Origin: an uncultured Mediterraneibacter sp. | Lineage (GTDB): Bacteria > Bacillota > Clostridia > Lachnospirales > Lachnospiraceae | Assembly: GCA_944381935.1 (NCBI GenBank) | Contig: CALWMN010000011.1 | Coordinates: 14,030 to 78,029, forward strand | Length of the DNA stretch: 64,000 nucleotides | Direction: 5' to 3' | Shown here: positions 8,671 to 17,559 of the stretch, one piece after another | How positions within the stretch are numbered: the stretch's first letter is position 1 | Layout: each line of letters opens with the position of its first letter | Translations under genes and position numbers: made by a program | The notes under the pieces: model-generated | Seen by the model: the letters and a program-made list of their open reading frames with translations, nothing else | The model's database searches: none | What the model was told of the DNA's origin: nothing

Positions 8671-9531
8671 CTATAAAATACTGCCGGCAAGCAGGCGCAT
8701 TTTATGTTCCGCGTACTCAGCAAGATCCTTATATGCCTGGGCGTACAGGTTGGCAACCGAATAGCCGAATCCTTCCTGCTGCTGGACGGCCGCTGTTGCC
8801 TTCCCCACGATCTTGACCAGATCTGTGGCAAGGTTCAGCTTTGTGATCCCGTATTTCACCGCTTCTGCCACCTTCTCTTCCGGAGTCCCGGAACCGCCGT
8901 GCATAACAAGCGGGATGGATACCTTTTCTGAAATTTTCTGCAGCCTGGGGATATTAATGCGGGGCGGGAAGCGGTATTCTCCATGTACAGTCCCGATGGA
9001 AAGGGCAAGGATATCCACACCGGTCTGCTCTACAAACAGAGCCGCCTCATCAGGATCGGTCTGCATCGCTTCCGCCTCGTCCACAGACATCTTCTGCTCA
9101 GATCCTGCAATCCTGCCAAGCTCGCCTTCCACCGACACACCGGCTTTGTGTGCATACTCTACTACCTCTGCTGTCCTGGCTACATTTTCTTCAAACGGAT
9201 AAGACGACGCATCGATCATCACAGAGCGGAAGCCGGCATCAATGGCTCTCTTAATGCTCTCGAAATCGCGGAAGTGATCTGCGTGAAGGATCACCGGCAC
9301 ATCCACATTTTCTGCAACTGTCCTTGCCGCTGCAACTGCGTTCCTCTCCCCTCCGAAAAACTTCACCTCTGCATCTCCGATGATATACAGCATCGGAAGT
9401 TTTAATCTCTGGGCAACTTCAGCTATGGACATTCCATAAGCATAATTCCAGAAGCAGAACCCGCCCAGGGCATATTTCCTTTCTCTTGCATCTACAAGAT
9501 ATTCTTTTAAAGCATTCAATTCTTTTGCCAT
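8671..9531 (-). CDS. Class II (metal-dependent) ketose-phosphate aldolase
   Basis: HADH, MIDAS, EGELG, SIGTVHG, LVMHGGSG, KLNLATD; N-terminal FCFWN replaces FNxxN and there is no C-terminal DPR motif. Confidence 0.88.
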   Translation of the reverse strand: MAKELNALKEYLVDARERKYALGGFCFWNYAYGMSIAEVAQRLKLPMLYIIGDAEVKFFGGERNAVAAARTVAENVDVPVILHADHFRDFESIKRAIDAGFRSVMIDASSYPFEENVARTAEVVEYAHKAGVSVEGELGRIAGSEQKMSVDEAEAMQTDPDEAALFVEQTGVDILALSIGTVHGEYRFPPRINIPRLQKISEKVSIPLVMHGGSGTPEEKVAEAVKYGITKLNLATDLVKIVGKATAAVQQQEGFGYSVANLYAQAYKDLAEYAEHKMRLLAGSIL

Positions 9532-9535
9532 CGTA

Positions 9536-10492
9536 TTATTCTCCTTTGTTGTTTTTCAGCAATTGTAATACCTGTGATTTGTCTTTCAGCGCAGTCAGCG
9601 CTCCCTGCTGTGTCACGCTGACGCCTGCCACTGCGTTTGCATACCGGGCAGCGTCCCATATATCCATGTTTTCAGCCGTCAGTCCGGCCATGAACCCTCC
9701 GACGAAGCTGTCGCCTGCTCCGGTGGTATCCCGCACATATTCTGTCTGTGCCGGCGGGAAGACCTCTTCCTGCTTCCCGTCTGTCACATAACACCCCTCT
9801 TTTCCAAGCTTAATGATGACATTCCCACAACCTTTGTCCAGGAAGATCCGGGACATTTTCCCGGGGTCTTTTTCTGACGTAAGATACGCTGCCTCCACAT
9901 AACTGGGAATAAAATAATCGATCAGCGGCAGATTGCGAAAGACAATGTCCCTGCCCTGTGAAAACGAATCGTTCGCGCAGTCCGCAACCGTCAGTGCCCC
10001 CGCCTCTTTTGCCGTTCGGAAGATCTCTGTCACTCCCCCGGAATCAAGACCTTTCAGAAAGAAAAAGCTCCCATAGCTTACGACCGACGCCTGCCTGACA
10101 ATATCCAGGTCAAAGTCTTCCAGGCAGAAAGTCTGATTGTTGCTTCCCGCCCGCCCGAGAAAATGCCGGTCCCCATCCTTTCTCACCAGGGCAAATGTCA
10201 GGGACATGGTATCCTCTTTCGATCTCGTCACATTGGAAATATCGACGCCCGCCTTCTCAAACTCCCCGATTACGTAGTCGCTGAAGCTGTCCTGGCACAG
10301 TTTGCCTGCCGCAGCCGTCCTGCATCCTAACCTTGCGGCAGTAATGCTCTGTATCACCGCCGCTCCTCCAGGTGATGTCCCGACGCCCTGCAGCAGGGTC
10401 GTGTCACGGGAAAATACCGATTCATCCACAGTATACAGGGTCATGTCATATGCCATTGTTCCGATAGAGACAATATCATATTTTTTCTCCAT
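9536..10492 (-). CDS. PfkB/ribokinase-family sugar kinase
   Basis: SPGGAA, ARLG, PSYVEA, IKLGKEG, DTTGAGDSF; ATG 10492 follows GGGAG (ORF track start 10516). Confidence 0.92.
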   Translation of the reverse strand: MEKKYDIVSIGTMAYDMTLYTVDESVFSRDTTLLQGVGTSPGGAAVIQSITAARLGCRTAAAGKLCQDSFSDYVIGEFEKAGVDISNVTRSKEDTMSLTFALVRKDGDRHFLGRAGSNNQTFCLEDFDLDIVRQASVVSYGSFFFLKGLDSGGVTEIFRTAKEAGALTVADCANDSFSQGRDIVFRNLPLIDYFIPSYVEAAYLTSEKDPGKMSRIFLDKGCGNVIIKLGKEGCYVTDGKQEEVFPPAQTEYVRDTTGAGDSFVGGFMAGLTAENMDIWDAARYANAVAGVSVTQQGALTALKDKSQVLQLLKNNKGE

Positions 10493-10525
10493 ATTTTTCT
10501 GCTCCCGTCTTTTCATCAGAGTGTA

Positions 10526-11464
10526 TTACATGATCGGATATCCGGCGGAAAGGTAGATATCATACCAGTCCTCGTAAGTGAGCTCGATCTCTGACGCCCT
10601 GCAGCAGTCTGCAAATCTTTCCTGCTTCGTTGTTCCGCACACAACCTGCATCTGTGCGGGATGCCTTAAGATCCACGCCACTGCTATCGTCGTCTTGTTT
10701 ACCCCGTACTTGCCGCCGACTCTCTCCATCGCCTCGTTTAATTCTTTATAATCCGGGTTGTCGATAAATGTGCCGTCGATAAATCCATGCTGGAAGGGCG
10801 ACCACGCCTGGATCGTGATATCTTTTAACCGGCAGTAGTTCAGAATCCCGCCGTCCCGGTCTGATGCATAGAACTCATGTGTGTTCGTTGCGATCGGCTG
10901 TACGCACATATCCGCGTATGCGATGCTGAACTGCATCTGGTTCACTTCAATCGGAACGGAGCAGTATTTCTGGAGCAGCTCAATGCCGTAGGGCACCTCA
11001 TTGCTGACTCCAAAGTGGAGCACCTTTCCCTGTTTCTTCATGATGTCAAACGCCTCTGCCACTTCTTCCGGCTCAAACAGGGCGTCAGACCTGTGCAGCA
11101 GGAAATAGTCAAGATGGTCGGTCTTCATCCGCTCCAGGGAGTTGTCAAGCGTCTTTAACAGATGCTCTTTGGAATAATTATGGTAGGGCCTTCCGTCTGC
11201 CATGAAGGTAATGCCGCCCTTGGACTGGACGATAAGCTTATCTCTTAGTCCGGGGTTTTCAGCAAAGGTATTGCCGATAATGCTTTCCACAAGTCCCTCC
11301 GGCTTTCCGTAGCAGTTTGCCGTGTCAATAAAATTTGTGCCGTTTTCCATAGCGTTTTCAAACATTGCCGCCACTTCCTTGGTCGACATCGTGTCAAAGC
11401 GCATGGTTCCCTGGATCAGTGCAGGCACTTCGGTTTTGTTCTGCCCTAATTTGATTGTTTTCAT
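10526..11464 (-). CDS. Aldo/keto reductase (YcsN-like)
   Basis: FIDTANCYG, VQSKGG, DYFLLHR, FGVSN, VNQMQFS, IQAWSPFQHG. Confidence 0.9.
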   Translation of the reverse strand: MKTIKLGQNKTEVPALIQGTMRFDTMSTKEVAAMFENAMENGTNFIDTANCYGKPEGLVESIIGNTFAENPGLRDKLIVQSKGGITFMADGRPYHNYSKEHLLKTLDNSLERMKTDHLDYFLLHRSDALFEPEEVAEAFDIMKKQGKVLHFGVSNEVPYGIELLQKYCSVPIEVNQMQFSIAYADMCVQPIATNTHEFYASDRDGGILNYCRLKDITIQAWSPFQHGFIDGTFIDNPDYKELNEAMERVGGKYGVNKTTIAVAWILRHPAQMQVVCGTTKQERFADCCRASEIELTYEDWYDIYLSAGYPIM

Positions 11465-11504
11465 AAGTAAACCTCCTTGTACTTTTGTTCTGGCTTATGT
11501 TAAT

Positions 11505-12335
11505 TTAATTTTTCACAGCTCCCGCTGTCATTCCCGAAATAAAATATTTCTGGAAGAACAATACAATGACGATCACCGGCAGTGAACCGAGAATACTCAT
11601 CGCCATAATCTGGTTCCACTCAAAAGCATACTGTCCCATCAGGGATGCGATCCCGATCGGGACCGTGCGCATTTCATTGGTCCTTGTCAATGTCAGCGCA
11701 TACAGGTATTCATTCCAGCACTGGAAAAACGTATAAAGCCCTACCGATACAAGCCCCGGCACGCTGGACGGGACAAGCACGCCCCAGAGCGCCCTGAATC
11801 TGGATCCGCCGTCGATCAGCACGGCTTCATCCAGCTCTTTGGGCAGGGTGTTCATATATCCTGTCAGCATCAGGATCGCATAAGGCAATGTAAAGACAAT
11901 ATAGGTCAGGATCAGCGCCGGATAGCTGTCATATATCTTCAGCGTTACCACCAGGACCATGTACGGGATCAGCAGGGTGATCGGAGGTACAGCCTGGACA
12001 CTGATGATGACGGTGTTTAATATCTTCTTTCCCGGAAAATTAAACCGGCTGAAGCTGTACGCCGCCAGGAGCGCGATCACAAGCGTGCACGCCACGACGA
12101 CCGCCGCCACAAAGTAAGAGTTAAAGAAAAACCTTACCTTCTCCGGGTCTGTCAATATGTCGATATATGCATCGAAGCTGAAGCTTTCGTCTATGATCTT
12201 CGGCGGCGTAGCGAAAATATTCCGGTTCGACTTAAAGGAACTGGAAAGCAGCCAGAGAACCGGAAGTCCTGAGAACAATGCCGCTATGACCATACCTGCC
12301 AGCAGTAAAATTCGTTTTGCCAAACTTGTCTTCAT
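11505..12335 (-). CDS. Carbohydrate ABC transporter permease
   Basis: Multiple TM segments, EAA loop LPKELDEAVLIDGG. Confidence 0.93.
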   Translation of the reverse strand: MKTSLAKRILLLAGMVIAALFSGLPVLWLLSSSFKSNRNIFATPPKIIDESFSFDAYIDILTDPEKVRFFFNSYFVAAVVVACTLVIALLAAYSFSRFNFPGKKILNTVIISVQAVPPITLLIPYMVLVVTLKIYDSYPALILTYIVFTLPYAILMLTGYMNTLPKELDEAVLIDGGSRFRALWGVLVPSSVPGLVSVGLYTFFQCWNEYLYALTLTRTNEMRTVPIGIASLMGQYAFEWNQIMAMSILGSLPVIVIVLFFQKYFISGMTAGAVKN

Positions 12336-12347
12336 TCTCTCTCCCTC

Positions 12348-13262
12348 CTAGTCTTCTCTCGTCTGGTTTCTCACATAGAAGATCGCCAGCACGATACAGG
12401 CGAGCAGTATGATCACCGCTGCTGCAGAAGCCTGTGAATACTGGTAGCTTGTGAACGCCGTCTTATATACATACGTACTCATCATCTCCGTCGCATGGGA
12501 AGGTCCGCCGGCAGTCAGAAGCCATATCAGTGAAAAATTCTGTGTTGTCCAGATAAAATCCAGCATCGCAATGCTGATCAGGATTGGTTTTAACTGAGGA
12601 AGCGTAATATAGAAGAAACTCTGTACCGAAGACGCCCCGTCAATCTGCGCCGCTTCATACAAATCCGAAGAAATACCCTGAAGTCCGGCAAGAATACTGA
12701 TCATGTAAAACGGGTATCCCGCCCATATGTTAATAAACGTCAGGACCCAAAATACGATCGACCGGTCGCTGAGCCACTCCACAGGTCCCGCTATCATATT
12801 AAACTGTGAAAGGAGATAATTCACAACACCGTTCGCATTTAAAAGCAGCTTCCATAAAATCGCGACAACTGTCGCATTAAACATCCACGGCAGCATATAA
12901 ACCACACGGAACCCCGCTTTTACTCTTGAGCTGAAACACTTCACATTGACCATCAGCGCCAGCGCCATGCCGATCAGAAGGTGGAAGACCACATTGAGAA
13001 CAACAAATATTACTGTATTTTTTATGGAAGAAAGAAATACCCGGTCCGTCAGCACAGTTTTATAATTCTCAAGCCCTACCCATGTCGAATCGTTTGTAAT
13101 AAGTACATTGTCATAAAACGAATAACTGATGACCAATATGATCGGAAGCATCAGCAGCAGACACATCAGGATGACTACCGGCGACAGAAACAAGTACGGC
13201 TCAATCACTCTTCGCAGGCTCTTCTTTACTGGATATTTCGGTTTTTTATTTTTTGACCGCAT
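12348..13262 (-). CDS. Carbohydrate ABC transporter permease
   Basis: EAA loop DLYEAAQIDGAS, ITLPQLKP; ATG 13262 follows AAGGAG (ORF track start 13283). Confidence 0.93.
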   Translation of the reverse strand: MRSKNKKPKYPVKKSLRRVIEPYLFLSPVVILMCLLLMLPIILVISYSFYDNVLITNDSTWVGLENYKTVLTDRVFLSSIKNTVIFVVLNVVFHLLIGMALALMVNVKCFSSRVKAGFRVVYMLPWMFNATVVAILWKLLLNANGVVNYLLSQFNMIAGPVEWLSDRSIVFWVLTFINIWAGYPFYMISILAGLQGISSDLYEAAQIDGASSVQSFFYITLPQLKPILISIAMLDFIWTTQNFSLIWLLTAGGPSHATEMMSTYVYKTAFTSYQYSQASAAAVIILLACIVLAIFYVRNQTRED

Positions 13263-13380
13263 ATATAACTCCTTTTGTCCCAAATTATCCGTTGATTATA
13301 TGTGGGAAATATTATGATAGGCCTGGCGCGGCATCTGTGCCGGCCAAACCTATTGCCAAAATCATAGTCTGTCTCGTTTC

Positions 13381-14670
13381 TTACTCGTATGCTGCGTCAA
13401 ACTCCTGCTGGACAACTTCCATCATTTCCTCTGCCGTAGCATAATCTCCGTCGAGATACATAACCAGGTTTTCATCGAGCGTACGCATCAGCGCCTCGGC
13501 TGTCGGGAAGGAGTAGAACTCTGCAACACCTGTTGTGGTCGCATAAATGTCCTGGATTGCCTGGAAAGCTTCGGAATCATCCGTATATGCCGGCTCGGAT
13601 GCAGCGTTCACCGGGAATCCGCCTGCGTGAACACACAGATCCGCATTCACCTCTGCCCCGAGAAGATACTGGATGAACTGTGCAGCTTCCGTTTTGTGCT
13701 CGCTGTTCTCTGCAATTCCGCATGCCCAGTTGTTAGCTCTCATATAGCTCTGTCCGTCGTAGTCATCTTTATGGGGCATATTAATATAGGTAACATTCAT
13801 TTCCGGAGCCTGCTCCTGAATATTGGTCAGGTGTGCGACTGAGTCCGGCATAAATGCAATACGTCCGTTGACAAATTCCTGAACCTTATCAGCATCTGTC
13901 AGCGTATACATACCGGGAAGCGTTACGCCGTTGTCAAACAATGATTTGAAAAATTCTGTTGTCTCAATCCAGACCTCATTGCCAGCCAGGAATGGTTTTC
14001 CGTCATCCCCGATGATCGAACATCCCGAGTTCCATGCGAATGCAGCATAGTATTCCATACAGGTCGCATTGTCAGTGCTCATATTCATGCCAAATCCATA
14101 TACATTCTCATCTGGATTCGTCACCTGGATACACATATCCAGAAATTCGCTCCATGTTTCCGGCAGTTCGGTAATGCCCGCTTCTTCAAGGATATCCAGG
14201 TTTACTGCCATCAGGCACGGGAAATTCACGATCGGCTGTGCGTAAACTGTACCGTTAACCTCTGTCTGGCTGGAGATATCCGATGTGTCAAAGCCGATCT
14301 CTTCGTAAAGCGCCCCTAGGTCTGCAAGCATGCCCTGTGTCGCGTAGTCATAGATCCAGCCTCCGTCCAGCGCCACAACATCAGCCAGCGTTCCCGCCGC
14401 GGCACTCGCCTGCATCTGCGCCTGGGTATCCGCATACGGATTGCTGAGCAGCTCCACCCGGATACCGGTTTCCTCATAAAAGGCATCACACACGCTCTGG
14501 AGATATCCTTCATCCATCTCATTGTCAAACCACTGCTGAAATTCAATTACCACTTCGCCGTCAGAGCCCGCATCTTCTGTTTCGGAAGAGTCTCCTCCTG
14601 CTCCGCATCCTGCTATCAACGCCATAGACAACGACATTGTCAACAAAACCGAAACCATCTTTTTCATCAT
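13381..14670 (-). CDS. Sugar ABC transporter substrate-binding lipoprotein
   Basis: Signal peptide with lipobox LIAGC, acidic linker, family 1 SBP-like body; upstream of two permeases. Confidence 0.9.
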   Translation of the reverse strand: MMKKMVSVLLTMSLSMALIAGCGAGGDSSETEDAGSDGEVVIEFQQWFDNEMDEGYLQSVCDAFYEETGIRVELLSNPYADTQAQMQASAAAGTLADVVALDGGWIYDYATQGMLADLGALYEEIGFDTSDISSQTEVNGTVYAQPIVNFPCLMAVNLDILEEAGITELPETWSEFLDMCIQVTNPDENVYGFGMNMSTDNATCMEYYAAFAWNSGCSIIGDDGKPFLAGNEVWIETTEFFKSLFDNGVTLPGMYTLTDADKVQEFVNGRIAFMPDSVAHLTNIQEQAPEMNVTYINMPHKDDYDGQSYMRANNWACGIAENSEHKTEAAQFIQYLLGAEVNADLCVHAGGFPVNAASEPAYTDDSEAFQAIQDIYATTTGVAEFYSFPTAEALMRTLDENLVMYLDGDYATAEEMMEVVQQEFDAAYE

Positions 14671-14724
14671 TTTTGCATCCTCCTTTTTTCTTTTTCGCTG
14701 CAGCGGATTATTTTATTTATCCTC

Positions 14725-14753
14725 ATTATATTTTCATCATATTATTTTGTCAA
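14725..14753 (-). promoter_or_regulatory. Consensus sigma70 promoter for the ABC-AKR-PfkB-aldolase-GRE2 operon
   Basis: Minus strand TTGACA(14753-14748)-17 bp-TATAAT(14730-14725). Confidence 0.85.
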
Positions 14754-14765
14754 GTAATTTTACAA
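14747..14765. promoter_or_regulatory. Candidate repressor operator TTGTAAA-attac-TTGACAA (minus strand)
   Basis: Same half-sites and 5-nt spacing as 14-32; overlaps the -35. Confidence 0.6.
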
Positions 14766-14870
14766 TATATCATATTTACAAATTTGTGCCATTTTTTTGT
14801 ACATTATTACCATTATTCAAATTATTATCAATTATTTTTTATTTAAATTATTATTTTTTTGTTTATTTCG

Positions 14871-14899
14871 TTGCAATTATCTTTTCTCTAATTTATAAT
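14871..14899 (+). promoter_or_regulatory. Sigma70-type promoter for the ADP-dependent kinase
   Basis: TTGCAA-17 bp-TATAAT. Confidence 0.65.
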
Positions 14900-14993
14900 T
14901 AATAAAAATTTTCAATCGGGCATTTCCCGGAGCATTTTCCCGGGATCTATCTGAAAACGGCGCATCTGCGCCACTTCAAAGAAAGGAGCCGCC

Positions 14994-16220
14994 ATGAAAA
15001 ATTATATAGCCGCCGGATTTCAGAATACTGTGGATTTTGAGCTTATCTGGGATACAACTGTACTGGAGTCTCTGATTACCCACCACAAAATAGTTTCTTC
15101 CGAAATAAACGCCGAAAGGGAGATCCATTCCGAGCGTGATCTGTTAATCGTGCTTCTCTCACATATGGCTGCGGGAAGCGGAAGCGAATGCCTGGCGTCT
15201 TCCAGCCGGATCACGCGCGCTTTCGCCTCACATTTCCACTACAATATCACACTGGGCGGCACTGCCATCCGCGCTGCTATGGCGATGGAAAAAATCGGCT
15301 ACCGGAGCACGGTCCATGCCTGCAGCCTAAACCGGCATTTCCGGGCTCTTGTACCGGAAGAAGTAGACTGGATCTCAAGCGTCCCCGATGAGGGCGATGA
15401 CTTCCATCCGCATGTGATCGTGCAGTATCCTTCTGATATCCATATACATGCGATGGATCTCGATTTCAAAACGTCCAGGGCAAACCGGGTAATTTTCACG
15501 CATGATCCTCCGAGCATGGCGCTGAAGATCAGCGACTCTTTTGCAGACAGGGTCTCCCAGGCGAGAGTTCTCCTTATTGCCAGCTACAATATTATCAACG
15601 AGGAAAAGCTATTAAAAGACCGCCTCAGCCGCACAGTCAGAATCATTGAGAATCTCCCCCCGGACCATATCGTTGTCATGGAGGACGGCTGTTTTAAGGA
15701 CCCCCACATGCGCAGAATTGTGACTGGAACCCTCTCAGGGCATATTGATATTTTCAGCACGAACGAAGACGAGCTTCAGGACCGCTTTGGCAGCCGGATC
15801 GACATTTCTGACGCCGCACAGGTGGCAAGGGCAGTCAGGACAGTATACTCTCAGGTCAATGTCCCGACACTTGTCTGCCATTCTGCCCATTGGACTTTAG
15901 CATATGGAAAAATTACGGAAAATATTCTAAGTGCGTTAAGAACCGGTATGCTCATGGCAGCAACACGTTTTCGGATGGGAGATATGTACAGCAGGTCTGA
16001 TTACCATGAGACGGCGGACTTACCCGACAGTATGGAAGGCACTGCCTTTTCGCAGGCAGCCGCAGAAGAATTTGGTCCGGAGCCCTTCGTGTGCCTCCCA
16101 TGCAAAGATCTGTCTTTTGTGAAAAATCCGACAACAATAGGGCTTGGGGACTCTTTCATCGGAGGCATGCTGCCCTCCCTCCTTCCCCCGCAGATCGAAA
16201 AGTTGGCACGTTTCAGATAG
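14994..16220 (+). CDS. ADP-dependent glucokinase/phosphofructokinase-family sugar kinase
   Basis: GFQNTVD, LGGTA, RANRVIF, STNEDEL, CHSAHW and C-terminal PTTIGLGDSF correspond in order to the ADP-GK/PFK family motifs. Confidence 0.8.
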   Translation: MKNYIAAGFQNTVDFELIWDTTVLESLITHHKIVSSEINAEREIHSERDLLIVLLSHMAAGSGSECLASSSRITRAFASHFHYNITLGGTAIRAAMAMEKIGYRSTVHACSLNRHFRALVPEEVDWISSVPDEGDDFHPHVIVQYPSDIHIHAMDLDFKTSRANRVIFTHDPPSMALKISDSFADRVSQARVLLIASYNIINEEKLLKDRLSRTVRIIENLPPDHIVVMEDGCFKDPHMRRIVTGTLSGHIDIFSTNEDELQDRFGSRIDISDAAQVARAVRTVYSQVNVPTLVCHSAHWTLAYGKITENILSALRTGMLMAATRFRMGDMYSRSDYHETADLPDSMEGTAFSQAAAEEFGPEPFVCLPCKDLSFVKNPTTIGLGDSFIGGMLPSLLPPQIEKLARFR

Positions 16221-16253
16221 TAATGGCGGCAACGATCTTTTCCACAAAAAAAG

Positions 16254-16302
16254 TCCCCGCAAGGAGCCACCTCTGCCTGTCAGGCATGGTTCCCTGCGGG
16301 GA
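16254..16302. terminator. Composite hairpin terminator between converging genes
   Basis: TCCCCGCAAGGAGCCA / TGGTTCCCTGCGGGGA with inner TGCCTG/CAGGCA, flanked by A and T tracts. Confidence 0.7.
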
Positions 16303-16322
16303 TATTTTCTTGTCCTATTCTG

Positions 16323-17216
16323 TCACCATCGTTTTTCCTCGATCATTGCTTTGGTCTCCTGATACCGCTCCAGAAAGCTCTCATCCATATTCGTCACACA
16401 GATCAGGTACAAACAGTCAATAATCGAATACTGCGGTATATTTTCCGATCCCGGCTCATAGCAGGTTGACCGGTCCATGCTGGAGAAACTCCCATAGTTA
16501 AACCCGGTCAGCAGAGAGATCTCCGCCGCCCTGTCCACCGGGGACTCTTTCACACTGGTTATGGCGATCGTTTTCGCCCCGTTTTTGCGGGCGCGTTCCA
16601 GACATTCCGTAACCAGCGCAGATCCCCCCATATTGCTGATCCCCACGATCAAGTCATCCGGCTTTGCCATACAGACACCCGCTGCCATGCCATGATAATC
16701 GGCATAGGCAACACACATCACCCCGAGCCTTCTAAAGCGCATACAGGCACTCTGGGCAGCAAGATACGAATATCCCTCCCCCACAAAGAGCACCTGGCGT
16801 GCATTTAGAATAATACGCGCAACGTGTTCCATCAATTCATAATCCATCAGAGAAAGCGTGTCTTTGAGCATCTCCATCTCGCTTTCCAGGACATAATGGC
16901 AGACGCTCTTTGCATCTTTTCGATTGGGGAACCCTCCCGCAAATAAAAACGGCGGCTCAACTCCCTCTCCCTGATCCTCGCCCCTTCTCAGCGCATAGGC
17001 GTTCTGCATCTCCCTGTGAAATGATTTGTAATTCTCAAATCCCAGGTAATGTACAAAACGGGTAACTGTGGCATTGCTGACCCTGCTTTTCTGGGCCAGG
17101 GCCCCTATCGTATATCCGTTCTGGTTCGGCGTCCGTTCAAGCAACGCATCTGCAATCCTTTTCATGGCCGGATTCATGTGGGCGTATTTTGCTTTAATCT
17201 CTAAAATCAGATCCAT
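16323..17216 (-). CDS. MurR/RpiR-family transcriptional regulator
   Basis: N-terminal HTH VSNATVTRFVHYLGF; SIS domain FVGEGYS, GISNMG, IAITS; ATG 17216 follows AGGAAGG (ORF track start 17270). Confidence 0.9.
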   Translation of the reverse strand: MDLILEIKAKYAHMNPAMKRIADALLERTPNQNGYTIGALAQKSRVSNATVTRFVHYLGFENYKSFHREMQNAYALRRGEDQGEGVEPPFLFAGGFPNRKDAKSVCHYVLESEMEMLKDTLSLMDYELMEHVARIILNARQVLFVGEGYSYLAAQSACMRFRRLGVMCVAYADYHGMAAGVCMAKPDDLIVGISNMGGSALVTECLERARKNGAKTIAITSVKESPVDRAAEISLLTGFNYGSFSSMDRSTCYEPGSENIPQYSIIDCLYLICVTNMDESFLERYQETKAMIEEKRW

Positions 17217-17298
17217 ATCCTTCCTCACATTTTTATCTGTTCCCTGTTCCCAACACCTGCTCTGACGCAAAAATGCGTATCAGCATTAATACTTTTTT

Positions 17299-17328
17299 AG
17301 TATAACTCCCCTGACAAGAACCAGTCAA
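17299..17328 (-). promoter_or_regulatory. Promoter for the first RpiR gene
   Basis: TTGACT-18 bp-TATACT on the minus strand. Confidence 0.5.
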
Positions 17329-17494
17329 TATTTACGTTTTTCCTTTTTCTTCCCTTTTATCTCTTCCATATTTTCTCCAATTATTTTTATAAAATTATTT
17401 TTATTGAAAATATTTTCTTCTTTTTCCCTTTACTTTCTTTATATTTTACCACTATATCAATTATTTTTTAAATATTTTTATTTAATTAATTTAC

Positions 17495-17523
17495 TTGACA
17501 AATTATTTTTATGTAAATATAAT
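17495..17523 (+). promoter_or_regulatory. Consensus sigma70 promoter for aldolase 2
   Basis: TTGACA-17 bp-TATAAT, then AAGGAGG. Confidence 0.85.
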
Positions 17524-17559
17524 CAAAGAAAAAAGCGTCGCTACAAAGGAGGTATTTCT

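Noticed and set aside
7339-8676. 445-aa plus-strand ORF
   Set aside because: It is an antisense shadow of GRE2 with no motifs, SD or family signature, which is typical of GC-rich codon bias.
14859-14877. Third copy of the GRE operator at the ADP-kinase promoter (TTGTTTA-N5-TTGCAAT)
   Set aside because: Too degenerate in an AT-rich region to distinguish from chance.
17404-17559. Hydrophobic 52-aa N-terminal extension of aldolase 2 in the ORF track
   Set aside because: It is translated AT-rich promoter DNA; the promoter at 17495-17523 and the GGAGG SD place the start at 17560.
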